Part shown: positions 1 through 8,507 of the stretch, piece after piece
How the letters are laid out: each line of letters starts with the position of its first letter
Position numbering within the stretch: the stretch's first letter is position 1
Source: Quinella sp.
GTDB taxonomy: Bacteria; Bacillota; Negativicutes; Selenomonadales; Selenomonadaceae
DNA: 64,000 nucleotides
Assembly: GCA_045118435.1 (NCBI GenBank)
Contig: JBGUYA010000153.1
Coordinates: forward strand, 4,391-68,390
Reading direction: 5' to 3'
Program-made: the position numbers and the translations under genes
The notes under the pieces: model-generated
Told to the model about the DNA's origin: nothing
The model's database searches: none
What the model saw: the letters and a program-made list of their open reading frames with translations, nothing else

Positions 1-98
1 ATTTCGCCGCGCTCAACCGAAAAACTCACGCCGCGCAGAATTTCCTTCCCACCGTAAGCGACGCACAGATTTTTTACGGTTAAAAGTTCGTCGCTCAT
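1..98 (-). CDS. ABC transporter ATP-binding protein, N-terminal fragment (gene runs off the left edge)
   Basis: Too short for the ORF track. Reverse-strand ATG at 98-96. Hand translation MSDELLTVKNLCVAYGGKEILRGVSFSVERGE is the typical ABC ATPase N-terminus just before Walker A. Confidence 0.6.
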   Translation of the reverse strand, partial: MSDELLTVKNLCVAYGGKEILRGVSFSVERGE

Positions 99-213
99 AA
101 AATCACCCGGTGAAAATTTTAATCGACTTGCGGAAAAAAAATAAGCCCCGCGCAGGGATATTCGTTGCAAACGTCAAACAAAACGGCTGATAATAATTGC
201 GCGAGGCGATTTT

Positions 214-1290
214 ATGAACGTTTTAAGCAAAGCTAAGGAAAAAATTTCTTCGGGCGCACGACTGAACTTTGATGAAATTCTTGCGCTATACGAGGACAAC
301 GATCTTTTGTATCTTGCCGAATCTGCGCGGCGCGTCAAGGAGGCGAAGACCGGCAAGAAAATTTTCTACACGATTAACCGCCACATAAATTTGACTAACG
401 TTTGCAGTGCGAATTGCCCGCTGTGCGCCTTCCAATGTCGGAGCGGCGACAATCGCGCCTTCACTCTCGAACTTGCCGACGTTGAAGAAGTGGTCAGGAA
501 TCAGGAATTGGGAGTCAGGGAAATTCATATCGTCAGCTCGTTGCACCCCGATAAAAATTTTTCTTACTACGTCGACGCCGTGAGGCTTGTGAAAAAAATT
601 CTGCCGCACGTCGGGATTAACGCCTTCACGCCCGTTGAGATTGTGAACTTCGCCAAGATAAGCGGCAAAAGTTTTGCGGAAGTTTTGCGCGAGTTGATTG
701 GCGCGGGCGTCACGAGTTTGGCGGGCGGAGGCGCGGAAATTTTATCCGACCGCGTTCGCGAAATTATTTGCCCAAAAAAATGTTCTGCGGCGGAGTGGCT
801 TGAAGTCATGCGAACGGCTCACAAACTCGGCTTGCGAACAAACGCCTCGATAATGTACGGGCACATTGAGACGATTCAAGAGCGCGTCGAACATTTAATC
901 AAACTGCGCGAGTTGCAAGACGAGACGGGCGGCTTTATGGCGATGATGCTTTTCCCCTTTCACCCCGAAAATACCGAGCTTGGAAAAAAATTCAACCTGC
1001 GACGCGTCGGAGCATGGGAAGATTTAAAAATGCTCGCGCTGTCAAGATTGATACTCGACAACTTCGCGCACTTCAAAGCGTTTTGGGTCATGCTGACGTT
1101 GTCGATAGCTCAGTTGGCACTGAACTTCGGCGCGGACGATTTGGACGGCACAATCGGCGAAGAAAAAATTATTCACGCGGCGGGCGCAAAATCTTCTGCG
1201 GGCATCACGCGCGAGACGTTGGAGAAAATTATTTCGGAGTGCGGCTATCAGCCCGTCGAGCGCGACAGCTTTTATAACGAAACGTTGTAA
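214..1290 (+). CDS. Radical SAM menaquinone (futalosine pathway) enzyme, MqnC/MqnE family
   Basis: 358 aa. CSANCPLC (CX3CX2C) cluster motif about 65 aa from the N-terminus. Length and layout resemble MqnC/MqnE/CofH-type enzymes. I cannot separate MqnC from MqnE by eye. Confidence 0.7.
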   Translation: MNVLSKAKEKISSGARLNFDEILALYEDNDLLYLAESARRVKEAKTGKKIFYTINRHINLTNVCSANCPLCAFQCRSGDNRAFTLELADVEEVVRNQELGVREIHIVSSLHPDKNFSYYVDAVRLVKKILPHVGINAFTPVEIVNFAKISGKSFAEVLRELIGAGVTSLAGGGAEILSDRVREIICPKKCSAAEWLEVMRTAHKLGLRTNASIMYGHIETIQERVEHLIKLRELQDETGGFMAMMLFPFHPENTELGKKFNLRRVGAWEDLKMLALSRLILDNFAHFKAFWVMLTLSIAQLALNFGADDLDGTIGEEKIIHAAGAKSSAGITRETLEKIISECGYQPVERDSFYNETL

Positions 1291-1300
1291 AATTTATCAC

Positions 1301-1323
1301 GGCTCCTGTTGGGAGCTTTTTTG
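1301..1323 (+). terminator. Rho-independent terminator after the mqn-like gene
   Basis: GGCTCC-TGTT-GGGAGC hairpin followed by TTTTTTGTT, 10 nt after the stop codon. Confidence 0.6.
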
Positions 1324-1436
1324 TTGAAGTGTACCTGTCAGGTATCAATTTTATTTATCTGGTAGGCGACAAAAGAAATTTTTCTGATAAAATGACAAGC
1401 AATAAAACAACGGTAAAAAACTTAGGAGGCGAAAAT

Positions 1437-1814
1437 ATGAAGGATGACTTTCGAGAAGAAATGCTCTGTATCGGAAAAAATATCGCGCTCTTTCGCAAGC
1501 TGAGAAATATGACGCAAACCGAGCTTGCCGACAAGCTTAACATAAATAAAAACTATCTGTCGCACATTGAAAACGCCTCTGCAAATAAGACAGTTTCGCT
1601 ATCAATGCTCATAAGAATTTCAAGGGCTTTGGACGTGGAATTGGCTCTGCTCACCGACATTGACGGCATTTACAAATCCGATTTGAAAAATTTTTGGAGC
1701 GACATGAAAGAAACACTTGAGGGAATAAAAAAACTCAACGACGACATGGACAAAATGCTTGAGCAGTTCGAGAAGGCAGATAAGATTTTTTCGGGCGGCT
1801 CCGAGAAAAATTAA
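1437..1814 (+). CDS. XRE-family helix-turn-helix transcriptional regulator
   Basis: I trimmed the ORF track entry 1329..1814 to the ATG at 1437, which has an AGGAGG 8 nt upstream. MTQTELADKLNINKNYLSHIENASANKTVSLSMLIRISRALDV is a classic Cro/C1-type HTH, followed by a charged helical tail. Confidence 0.8.
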   Translation: MKDDFREEMLCIGKNIALFRKLRNMTQTELADKLNINKNYLSHIENASANKTVSLSMLIRISRALDVELALLTDIDGIYKSDLKNFWSDMKETLEGIKKLNDDMDKMLEQFEKADKIFSGGSEKN

Positions 1815-1829
1815 GCGGGAGTGATAGAA

Positions 1830-1991
1830 ATGATTTCCAAAAGCGCGAGCTGTCCGAACTGCGGGCGCAAGCTCAATTCCTACACGGTCGACACGGCGAG
1901 CACGCAACGCACCGGCGGCACCTGTCCAAGTTGCGGCAAACGCTACACCGTCGAATACGGCAAGGGCAAAATTAAAGTTACCAAAAGTTAA
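1830..1991 (+). CDS. Small zinc-ribbon protein (53 aa, two CxxC pairs)
   Basis: Below the ORF-track size cut-off. Hand translation MISKSASCPNCGRKLNSYTVDTASTQRTGGTCPSCGKRYTVEYGKGKIKVTKS. GGGAG lies upstream of the ATG. Packed 15 nt after the XRE gene and 12 nt before the next ORF. Confidence 0.5.
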   Translation: MISKSASCPNCGRKLNSYTVDTASTQRTGGTCPSCGKRYTVEYGKGKIKVTKS

Positions 1992-2003
1992 AGGAGGTTT
2001 TTT

Positions 2004-2306
2004 ATGAGCGGCATAGATGAATTTGCAACCGCAATCAACATGAACGCCTATCGCTACGGCAATGTAATATTCGAAAGCTACGACTATAAATCCCGGAGAG
2101 ACTACGCCACAAGATTTAAAGATTGGATGGCTAACGATGACTTTGAGGCTTTGGCAGATTTCCTTGAGGGCTTGGCGGCAACATATAACAGACCAGACCT
2201 TTTCTCAGAAGTTATCGAGTACTTGCGCGATGAAAATCGTTCAGTGGCTGACCGCAAGCAATGCGGGAATGCATTTGCTTTAGGCGTTCACGGTTATGAA
2301 GGTTAA
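2004..2306 (+). CDS. Hypothetical protein (100 aa)
   Basis: ORF with AAGGAGG 7 nt upstream of the ATG. No family recognised. Confidence 0.5.
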   Translation: MSGIDEFATAINMNAYRYGNVIFESYDYKSRRDYATRFKDWMANDDFEALADFLEGLAATYNRPDLFSEVIEYLRDENRSVADRKQCGNAFALGVHGYEG

Positions 2307-2326
2307 CCAGTTAAGGAGGAATTTTT

Positions 2327-2518
2327 ATGGGATTATTTGATGCAATAGGCGGCGCGGTTAAAGATTGGGCGCAAGAGTCCAACGAGTACTACCGCGAGGC
2401 AATGAGCATGAGCCGCGAAGATTTGCGCGACGAACTTCGCCGCATGGGCAACAGCACTGCCAACATGGCAAAGCGCAACGGCTACAGGAAAGCGGCAAAG
2501 GAACGCGGTCTTCTGTAA
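2327..2518 (+). CDS. Hypothetical small basic/helical protein (63 aa)
   Basis: ORF with AAGGAGGA upstream. Last gene of the small XRE-led cluster. No family recognised. Confidence 0.45.
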   Translation: MGLFDAIGGAVKDWAQESNEYYREAMSMSREDLRDELRRMGNSTANMAKRNGYRKAAKERGLL

Positions 2519-2591
2519 TTAAGAAACGGTTGCCCAAAAAGTTCGGCTGAGAAAAATTTTTCGGTCGAACTTTTTTTATCGCCCGCGCAGT

Positions 2592-2620
2592 TTTACAATC
2601 GCCCGATTCTTTGATATAAT
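2592..2620 (+). promoter_or_regulatory. Near-consensus sigma-70-type promoter upstream of recA
   Basis: TTTACA (2592-2597), a 17 nt spacer, then TATAAT (2615-2620), about 35 nt upstream of the recA start. Confidence 0.5.
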
Positions 2621-2655
2621 TTGCGCCCAAACTCAAATGGAAAAGGAGAGCAACT

Positions 2656-3714
2656 ATGGACAAAAAAGAAGCGTTGGCGGCGGCACTCAAGCAGATTGAA
2701 AAAGATTTCGGCAAAGGCTCGATAATGCGGCTCGGCGACGACTCGGCTCGCAAGGACATAAAAGCGGTGTCGACGGGGATTTTGCCGCTTGATATTGCGC
2801 TCGGAATAGGTGGACTCCCGCGCGGCAGGATAACCGAAATTTACGGTCCCGAAGCCGGCGGCAAGACGACTGTCAGCTTGCACATGGTCGCCGAAGTTCA
2901 AAGGAACGGCGGCACGGCGGCTTTCATTGACGCCGAACACGCGCTTGATCCAATGTACGCAAAAAAGCTCGGCGTCGACGTGGATAATCTTCTCCTTTCG
3001 CAACCCGATACCGGCGAACAAGGGCTTGACATTGCCGAAGCTCTGATTCGCTCGGCGGCGGTAGATATTGTCGTTATCGATTCGGTTGCCGCACTCGTGC
3101 CCAAATCCGAGATTGATGGCGAAATGAGCGATGCCAACGTCGGACTTCACGCGCGCATGATGAGCAAGGCAATGCGCAAGCTCACGGCGATTATCGGCAA
3201 GACAGATACAATCGCAGTGTTTATCAATCAGATTCGCGAAAAGGTCGGGATAATGTTCGGCAACCCCGAAGTCACGACGGGCGGTCGCGCACTGAAATTT
3301 TATTCGACGATTCGTCTTGAAGTTCGCAAGGGCGAGGCGATTAAGCAGGGCACGGAAGTTGTCGGCAATCGCGTCAAGATTAAAGTCGCGAAGAATAAAG
3401 TTGCGCCGCCCTTCAGAACCGCCGAGTTCGATTTGATTTATGGCGAAGGTTTTTCGCGCGTCGGTAGCACTTTGGATTTGGGCGTTGCTTTCGAGATAAT
3501 CACCAAAGGCGGTTCGCACTTTTCTTACGGCGAGGAAAAACTCGGTCAAGGCAAGGAAAATGCTAAAAAATATCTGCGCGAGCACCCCGAAGTCGCCAAC
3601 GAGATTGACGCCAAAATTCGCGAGAAAGTTTTAAAGTCAGCTGTGCCGCTTGAACTTTCCGAGCCGGAAAATTTTGATGACACGGAGGATTTCGAGGAAG
3701 ATAAAGAAAATTAA
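2656..3714 (+). CDS. recA: Recombinase RecA
   Basis: 352 aa. [12 protein letters not shown] Walker [11 protein letters not shown], and [13 protein letters not shown]. Unmistakable RecA. Confidence 0.98.
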   Translation: MDKKEALAAALKQIEKDFGKGSIMRLGDDSARKDIKAVSTGILPLDIALGIGGLPRGRITEIYGPEAGGKTTVSLHMVAEVQRNGGTAAFIDAEHALDPMYAKKLGVDVDNLLLSQPDTGEQGLDIAEALIRSAAVDIVVIDSVAALVPKSEIDGEMSDANVGLHARMMSKAMRKLTAIIGKTDTIAVFINQIREKVGIMFGNPEVTTGGRALKFYSTIRLEVRKGEAIKQGTEVVGNRVKIKVAKNKVAPPFRTAEFDLIYGEGFSRVGSTLDLGVAFEIITKGGSHFSYGEEKLGQGKENAKKYLREHPEVANEIDAKIREKVLKSAVPLELSEPENFDDTEDFEEDKEN

Positions 3715-3735
3715 ACTTTGATTAAAAATTTGACG

Positions 3736-3771
3736 ACGGGCAAATTTAAAAGGGCTTGCCGCTTTTTTTTT
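3736..3771 (+). terminator. Probable terminator after recA
   Basis: GGCAA...TTGCC short stem followed by a run of nine T (3762-3770). Confidence 0.45.
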
Positions 3772-3842
3772 ATCTTCATTTGTGCTAAGCTTAGCAAAAA
3801 TTTTGCGGCGAACGCGAAAGAATTCAGCAGGGAGAAATTTCA

Positions 3843-6308
3843 ATGGGGATGATTACTAAAAAGGATTTCGGAACGCGGCGTTATCTCTTCGCTGTTGCAA
3901 TTTTTTTCGGTGTGAGTGCCACGACTTGCCAAGCCGCCGATTCTCAAACGGAAAGTTCCGCCGTCGAGAGCGAGGCGGATAAAAATATCGGCTTGCAAAT
4001 TTCCGGCGTGGGTGATGAAGTCGTGCAGAGCAAAGATATTTTGCTTACGGACGACTCGGCAATCGGCATTCTCGTTGACGGCTTGGGAAATAAAATCACA
4101 ATCTCGCGCGGCACTGTGATTCAGTCCGGCGGCAAAGGCATTTTGATTTCCTACGGGCGCGGTCAAACGCTCAACGTCGCGGGCAACGTCACGGCGTCGG
4201 GCAATGCCATTGAGTTCAATTTTGATGAGACAACTTTAGACACGGGCGGCGAGTTTCGCGGTTCCTATATCCGTTATCTGCGCGGCTACGACGCGGAAGG
4301 AAATCTTGTTTCGGCGGTCAATCTTCCGCTTATCATGAACGACGGCGAGTTTAATTACGCGTCGGACGAGCTTAACGGCGCGATTGTCAACGACTTTAAC
4401 TTGTCGGGAAAAATTTCGGGCAAGCGGGCGATTTACATTGGCAAAAATACTTTCGTCAAAAATATCAACGTCAACAAGGGCGCGCAGATAAGCGGCAATA
4501 TCGTTTCCGATTGGAAACACTTCGCGGCGTTTGCTTCAAGCGAAAATGTCGAGCCGATTAAAATTCAATACGGCGACAAAGTTTTTACCGCCACGCGATA
4601 TATCCCCGACCTCGTCACGAACTTGAACTTCAACACGAGCTTGACTTACGCTGGAAACATTTCGGGCGCGGATAATATTCGTGTGAACGTCAACAAGGGC
4701 ACGCTGAATTTTTCGGGCACGGCTAACGTTGTGAGCGTCGAGGTCATGAGCGGCGCGAAACTTTACGGCGGCACTTTCTATCTCAACGACCAAACGTTTA
4801 TGATTGCCGACGGCTACAGCGACGAGGCGACGGGCAAGTTCATAAATCACGGAACTATTGCCGCGAACTCTCCCGACACGAATTTAATCATCAACGGCGA
4901 TTTGGTTAGCGACGGCGTGATTCAGAAAGTTTCGGGCGGCGTGGGCGGCTCAATTATCGTCAGCGGCAACGCCAATATCGACGGCTCGACCGTCACGACT
5001 GATTCTCTCCTGCCGAATCAAACCGCGACTGTTCTTGTCGCTAACTCAATCACGGGCGACATTAAAAATCCGACCGGCAAGCCTATTCCGATTTCCGCGA
5101 CGCTCAGCGCGACCGGCAAGATTGTCGATAATACTTTGCTTGTCACGACTTACGCGACGGAGAATACCGACGGCATGACTTCGCAAGAGACCAAGACTTT
5201 AAACGCAATGCACGACATGTTTGAAAATCTCAAAGGTGACAGTCAACAAAAAGAAATGCGCGAGCTTTACAACTTGGACGAACCCACGACCAAGAAGACG
5301 CTGACGGAGATTGGCTCAACCGACGCCGCGCAGGTTATGAGCGTTGCGCAACAAAATACCGCTGTTGACAAAATGATTTCAAGCCGTGTCACGAAAGTTT
5401 TTGCGCCCGAAATCGCGCCCGATTATATCAGCGTGAATGTCAGCTCGCTTGCCTTCGCCGACGGTGAAACTAATTCGCCCGAAATGAAAGTCAAGGTCAA
5501 AGTTCCTTCGCGGCAGGAGAATAATTTTTGGCTTAACTACATGAAGAATTGGGGCAACCTGCGCGGCGGCACGGATTATCATGGCTCGGTTATCGTTGGC
5601 GGCTATGACAGACCGTTTGGCAAGAAAGTTCGCGCGGGCATTTTCGCGACGTACGGGACAATCGGCTATGGCGCGGAGTCTTCGCGGGCGACGGTTTACG
5701 ATACGCGGTTGGGGCTTTACGCGGGCTATCACAACAAGGCAAGCGATGTTTATTTTTATGTCAACGGCGGGCAGTTGCGCAACTCTTTGCACAGAGGAAT
5801 TTCGTCGTTGGGTTTGGCGACCAGTGCCAATTACAAAAGTCACATTGTCGAAGTCGGCGGCGAGTATAAGTATGACCTTTCGCGCAAAAAGACTTGGCAT
5901 GTCAGTCCATTTGTAAATTTTCAGGCGTCATATCTCAAGCAGAGCGGCTACAACGAGCGCGGTGCGGGCATTTACAATCAGCACGTCGACGCGGGTAGCA
6001 ACACCTATTTTGCGGCGCAAGTTGGCTTTGATTTCAAGCGGTATTATCGCGACGGCATGATTGGCATGAGGTTTGGCGTTAAGCACGGGTTCACGGGAGC
6101 CGACCCCGATTTGCGAATCAGCTACGAGGGCAACGACGCCGGAAGTTATAAAATGCGCTATGACCGCGACAAGACGCATTTTGTCTGTTCGTTGCGCGGC
6201 GAAAATGAATTTGCGCGTGGTTGGTTTATTGGCGGCGAGGCGGAACTCCAGCGCGGTGAAACCGATAAAGACGTTACGGCGTCGCTTATGTTGAGGAGGA
6301 CTTGGTAG
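3843..6308 (+). CDS. Autotransporter outer-membrane protein (type Va secretion)
   Basis: 821 aa. N-terminal signal peptide (LFAVAIFFGVSATTCQA). Gly/Asn/Ser-rich passenger with beta-helix-like repeats (GNISG, LSGKISG, VSGNANIDG). C-terminal ~280 aa show alternating hydrophobic beta-strand patterning and end ...ASLMLRRTW, an aromatic terminal residue typical of OM beta-barrels. Confidence 0.8.
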   Translation: MGMITKKDFGTRRYLFAVAIFFGVSATTCQAADSQTESSAVESEADKNIGLQISGVGDEVVQSKDILLTDDSAIGILVDGLGNKITISRGTVIQSGGKGILISYGRGQTLNVAGNVTASGNAIEFNFDETTLDTGGEFRGSYIRYLRGYDAEGNLVSAVNLPLIMNDGEFNYASDELNGAIVNDFNLSGKISGKRAIYIGKNTFVKNINVNKGAQISGNIVSDWKHFAAFASSENVEPIKIQYGDKVFTATRYIPDLVTNLNFNTSLTYAGNISGADNIRVNVNKGTLNFSGTANVVSVEVMSGAKLYGGTFYLNDQTFMIADGYSDEATGKFINHGTIAANSPDTNLIINGDLVSDGVIQKVSGGVGGSIIVSGNANIDGSTVTTDSLLPNQTATVLVANSITGDIKNPTGKPIPISATLSATGKIVDNTLLVTTYATENTDGMTSQETKTLNAMHDMFENLKGDSQQKEMRELYNLDEPTTKKTLTEIGSTDAAQVMSVAQQNTAVDKMISSRVTKVFAPEIAPDYISVNVSSLAFADGETNSPEMKVKVKVPSRQENNFWLNYMKNWGNLRGGTDYHGSVIVGGYDRPFGKKVRAGIFATYGTIGYGAESSRATVYDTRLGLYAGYHNKASDVYFYVNGGQLRNSLHRGISSLGLATSANYKSHIVEVGGEYKYDLSRKKTWHVSPFVNFQASYLKQSGYNERGAGIYNQHVDAGSNTYFAAQVGFDFKRYYRDGMIGMRFGVKHGFTGADPDLRISYEGNDAGSYKMRYDRDKTHFVCSLRGENEFARGWFIGGEAELQRGETDKDVTASLMLRRTW

Positions 6309-6315
6309 GGTTATT

Positions 6316-6362
6316 CATACTTTCTTTGTCGGCGTCAAAGAAAGTATGCAAAGAAAGACGCT
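6316..6362 (+). repeat. Copy A of a three-copy structured intergenic element
   Basis: CATACTTTCTTTG-tcggcgt-CAAAGAAAGTATG, then CAAAGAAAG and GACGC. Same architecture as 32471-32520 and the reverse complement of 42185-42231. Confidence 0.7.
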
Positions 6363-6399
6363 CAAACCCGTTGCTAATTGATAAGGAGGAAATTTTTTA

Positions 6400-7089
6400 A
6401 TGGCAGATAGTGCAAAAATATTTATCGTGGAAGACGAGCGACCGATTGCGCGACTTCTTCAGTTAACTTTGGAACGCGAAGGCTTCAAGACTGCAACCGA
6501 GTTAAACGGTCGAAAAGCTTACGAGCGGATTCTTCAAGAAAAGTATGATTTGGTTTTGCTTGACGTAATGTTGCCCGACATGGACGGCATGGAAATTTGC
6601 AAGCGCGTGCGCGAAGTGAGCGACGTGCCGATAATCATGTTGACGGCGCGTGATGAAGTTCGCGACAAAGTGGAAGGGCTTGACTTGGGCGCGAACGATT
6701 ACATGACAAAACCTTTCGCGGCGGAAGAACTTTTGGCGAGGATACGCGGCACACTCAAGCGGCACAATGAAAAAATCCGCGCGACGGAGGAGACGCGCTA
6801 CGTCGTCAAGAACATGATTCTTTATCCTGAACGCTACGAAGTCACGGTTAAGGGCGAAAAGGTCGAGTTGACGCACAAGGAATACGCGCTGTTGAAATAT
6901 TTGGTCGAGAACAAGCGCAACGTCTTGAGCCGCGATCAGATTTTACAGACGGTTTGGGGCTACGACTTTATCGGCGATACCAATGTTGTTGACGTTTATA
7001 TCAGTTATCTTCGCTCCAAGATTGATGAGCGATTCGGCGAGAAATATATTTACACGACAAGAGGCGTCGGCTATGCAATCAGAGATTGA
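6400..7089 (+). CDS. OmpR-family two-component response regulator
   Basis: 229 aa. Receiver domain (IFIVEDE, LLDVMLPDMDG, MLTARD, KPF) plus a winged-helix output (LTHKEYALLKYL, TRGVGY). Confidence 0.92.
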   Translation: MADSAKIFIVEDERPIARLLQLTLEREGFKTATELNGRKAYERILQEKYDLVLLDVMLPDMDGMEICKRVREVSDVPIIMLTARDEVRDKVEGLDLGANDYMTKPFAAEELLARIRGTLKRHNEKIRATEETRYVVKNMILYPERYEVTVKGEKVELTHKEYALLKYLVENKRNVLSRDQILQTVWGYDFIGDTNVVDVYISYLRSKIDERFGEKYIYTTRGVGYAIRD

Positions 7090-7771
7090 GGCGGCGTCGG
7101 AAAGTTTTCTGCAACAGCAACGCTTTGTAAATGACGTGTCGCACGAACTGCGGACGCCGCTTACGATAATTCGCGGTTACATTGACTTGTTGGAGAGTTA
7201 CGGCGCGACGGACCCTGAGCTTTTTAAAGAGGCGGTCACGTCGATAAAGAATTCCGCGCAGAACATGCAGAATTTAGTTGAGGGCTTGCTGTTTTTGGCG
7301 CGAGCGGATCAAGGACGCCAGCCGCTGACGAAAGTCCCTATCGATTTAGATGACCTGTTGAAAAAATTTATTGAGGCGTATCACTCGCCGCGCGTGAAGG
7401 TTTCAAAATTGCCGCCCTGCAAGATTTTGGCGGACGGAGAATTTTTAAAGAAAATGTTCGCCGCCTTCCTCGATAACGCTTTGCGTTACAGCACCGGCGC
7501 GGTCAAGGTTGAACTGACGACGACCAACAACGCCGCGATTTTGAAATTTATTGACAAGGGCATTGGCATTGCCAAAGAGGACAGCAATAAAATTTTTGAC
7601 AGGTTCTATCGCACAGACAAGGCGCGTACCAAAATCAACGACAAGGAAAACTCGGTTGGCTTGGGCTTGTCGGTTGCGAAGTGGATTGCCGACCGTCACG
7701 ACATTAAAATTAATCTCAAGAGCAAGCCGGGTGAAGGTTCGACTTTCACTTTGACGATTCCGAGAATATAA
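7073..7771 (+). CDS. Histidine kinase with only DHp and catalytic domains (no TM, sensor or HAMP region)
   Basis: I trimmed ORF 6983..7771 to the ATG at 7073, which overlaps the regulator stop. H-box VSHELRTPL starts ~20 aa from the N-terminus. N box LDNALRY, G1 DKGIGI, G2 GLGLS. About 232 aa in total. Confidence 0.8.
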   Translation: MQSEIEAASESFLQQQRFVNDVSHELRTPLTIIRGYIDLLESYGATDPELFKEAVTSIKNSAQNMQNLVEGLLFLARADQGRQPLTKVPIDLDDLLKKFIEAYHSPRVKVSKLPPCKILADGEFLKKMFAAFLDNALRYSTGAVKVELTTTNNAAILKFIDKGIGIAKEDSNKIFDRFYRTDKARTKINDKENSVGLGLSVAKWIADRHDIKINLKSKPGEGSTFTLTIPRI

Positions 7772-7773
7772 AA

Positions 7774-7882
7774 GGTGTTAGGTGTTAGGTATTAGGGGTT
7801 AGGGGTTAGCTCAAACCTAATACCTAAAACCTAAAACCTAAAACCTAATACCTAATACCTAATACCTAATACCTAATACCTG
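7774..7882. repeat. Heptamer-repeat quasi-palindrome (TTAGGKN arm / CCTAANA arm)
   Basis: GGTGTTA GGTGTTA GGTATTA GGGGTTA GGGGTTAGC-TCAA-ACCTAAT ACCTAAA ACCTAAA ... ACCTAAT. Lies between convergent genes (kinase stop 7771, cobO stop 7888). Confidence 0.9.
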
Positions 7883-7887
7883 TAATA

Positions 7888-8403
7888 TCAGAACTCAATT
7901 CCAATCTGCGCGGGCACTCCGCTTTTGAACGGGTGCTTAATCAGTTTCATTTCGGTTACGAGGTCGGCGGCGTCGATTAGTTCGGGCAAGGCGTCGCGCC
8001 CCGTGAACACCAAATGCAACGTCGGCGGGCGAATTTTTATCAGCTCCAAGATGTCCGCCGCGTCGAGCAAGCCGAATTTCACCGCGTAATTTATTTCGTC
8101 CAAAATTATCAAATCCCACGCGCCCGATAAAATTTCTGTCTGTGCGAGTTCGATTGCCGCCCGCGCAGATTTTTTTTGTTCGGAAAAATTTTCTTTGGTT
8201 ATAAATCCGAGTCCGCATTGTCTGACTTCGACGCCCAACATCTCCAAAGCCGCTAACTCGCCTGATTTTTTTCTGCCCTTAATGAATTGCAAGATTAAAA
8301 CTCTCAAGCCCGCGCCACTCGCTCGCAACGACAAGCCGAGAGCCGCCGTCGTCTTGCCTTTGCCGTCGCCCGTGTGCACGATTATTAATCCGTGTCTCTC
8401 CAA
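7888..8403 (-). CDS. cobO: Cob(I)yrinic acid a,c-diamide adenosyltransferase
   Basis: 171 aa. GLIIVHTGDGKGKTTAALG P-loop, ILQFIKG and LDEINYA, typical of the CobO/BtuR family. Confidence 0.85.
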   Translation of the reverse strand: MERHGLIIVHTGDGKGKTTAALGLSLRASGAGLRVLILQFIKGRKKSGELAALEMLGVEVRQCGLGFITKENFSEQKKSARAAIELAQTEILSGAWDLIILDEINYAVKFGLLDAADILELIKIRPPTLHLVFTGRDALPELIDAADLVTEMKLIKHPFKSGVPAQIGIEF

Positions 8404-8417
8404 AATAATTCCCCCTT

Positions 8418-8451
8418 AATTACGCATTACGCATTACGAATTACGCATTGC
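8418..8451. repeat. Heptamer tandem repeat (ATTACGC/ATTACGA units)
   Basis: aATTACGC ATTACGC ATTACGA ATTACGC ATTGC in the cobO/proB divergent intergenic region. Confidence 0.9.
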
Positions 8452-8463
8452 TTTAAATTTTCC

Positions 8464-8492
8464 TTGCGCAAATGGCAAAATGAATTTATAAT
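8464..8492 (+). promoter_or_regulatory. Candidate promoter for proB
   Basis: TTGCGC (8464-8469), a 17 nt spacer, then TATAAT (8487-8492). Confidence 0.4.
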
Positions 8493-8507
8493 GAAACCAA
8501 AAAGGAC

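Noticed and set aside
2519-2655. LexA/DinR SOS box in front of recA
   Set aside because: There is no GAAC-N4-GTTC or CTGT-N8-ACAG type palindrome. The only CGAAC lies in the stem of the preceding terminator-like hairpin.
2593-3585. 330-aa ORF on the minus strand
   Set aside because: It lies entirely antisense to recA, whose identity is certain. It is Arg/Ala/Phe-rich shadow-frame sequence with no recognisable motifs.
7774-7882. CRISPR array or eukaryotic telomere-like contamination (TTAGGGG / CCCTAA runs, also at 27424-27511 and 45969-46055)
   Set aside because: The units are 7 nt with no spacers, so this is not CRISPR. The arrays are short, mixed with TTAGGTA/TTAGGTG units, arranged as inverted arms, and embedded between bacterial genes, so this is not telomeric contamination.
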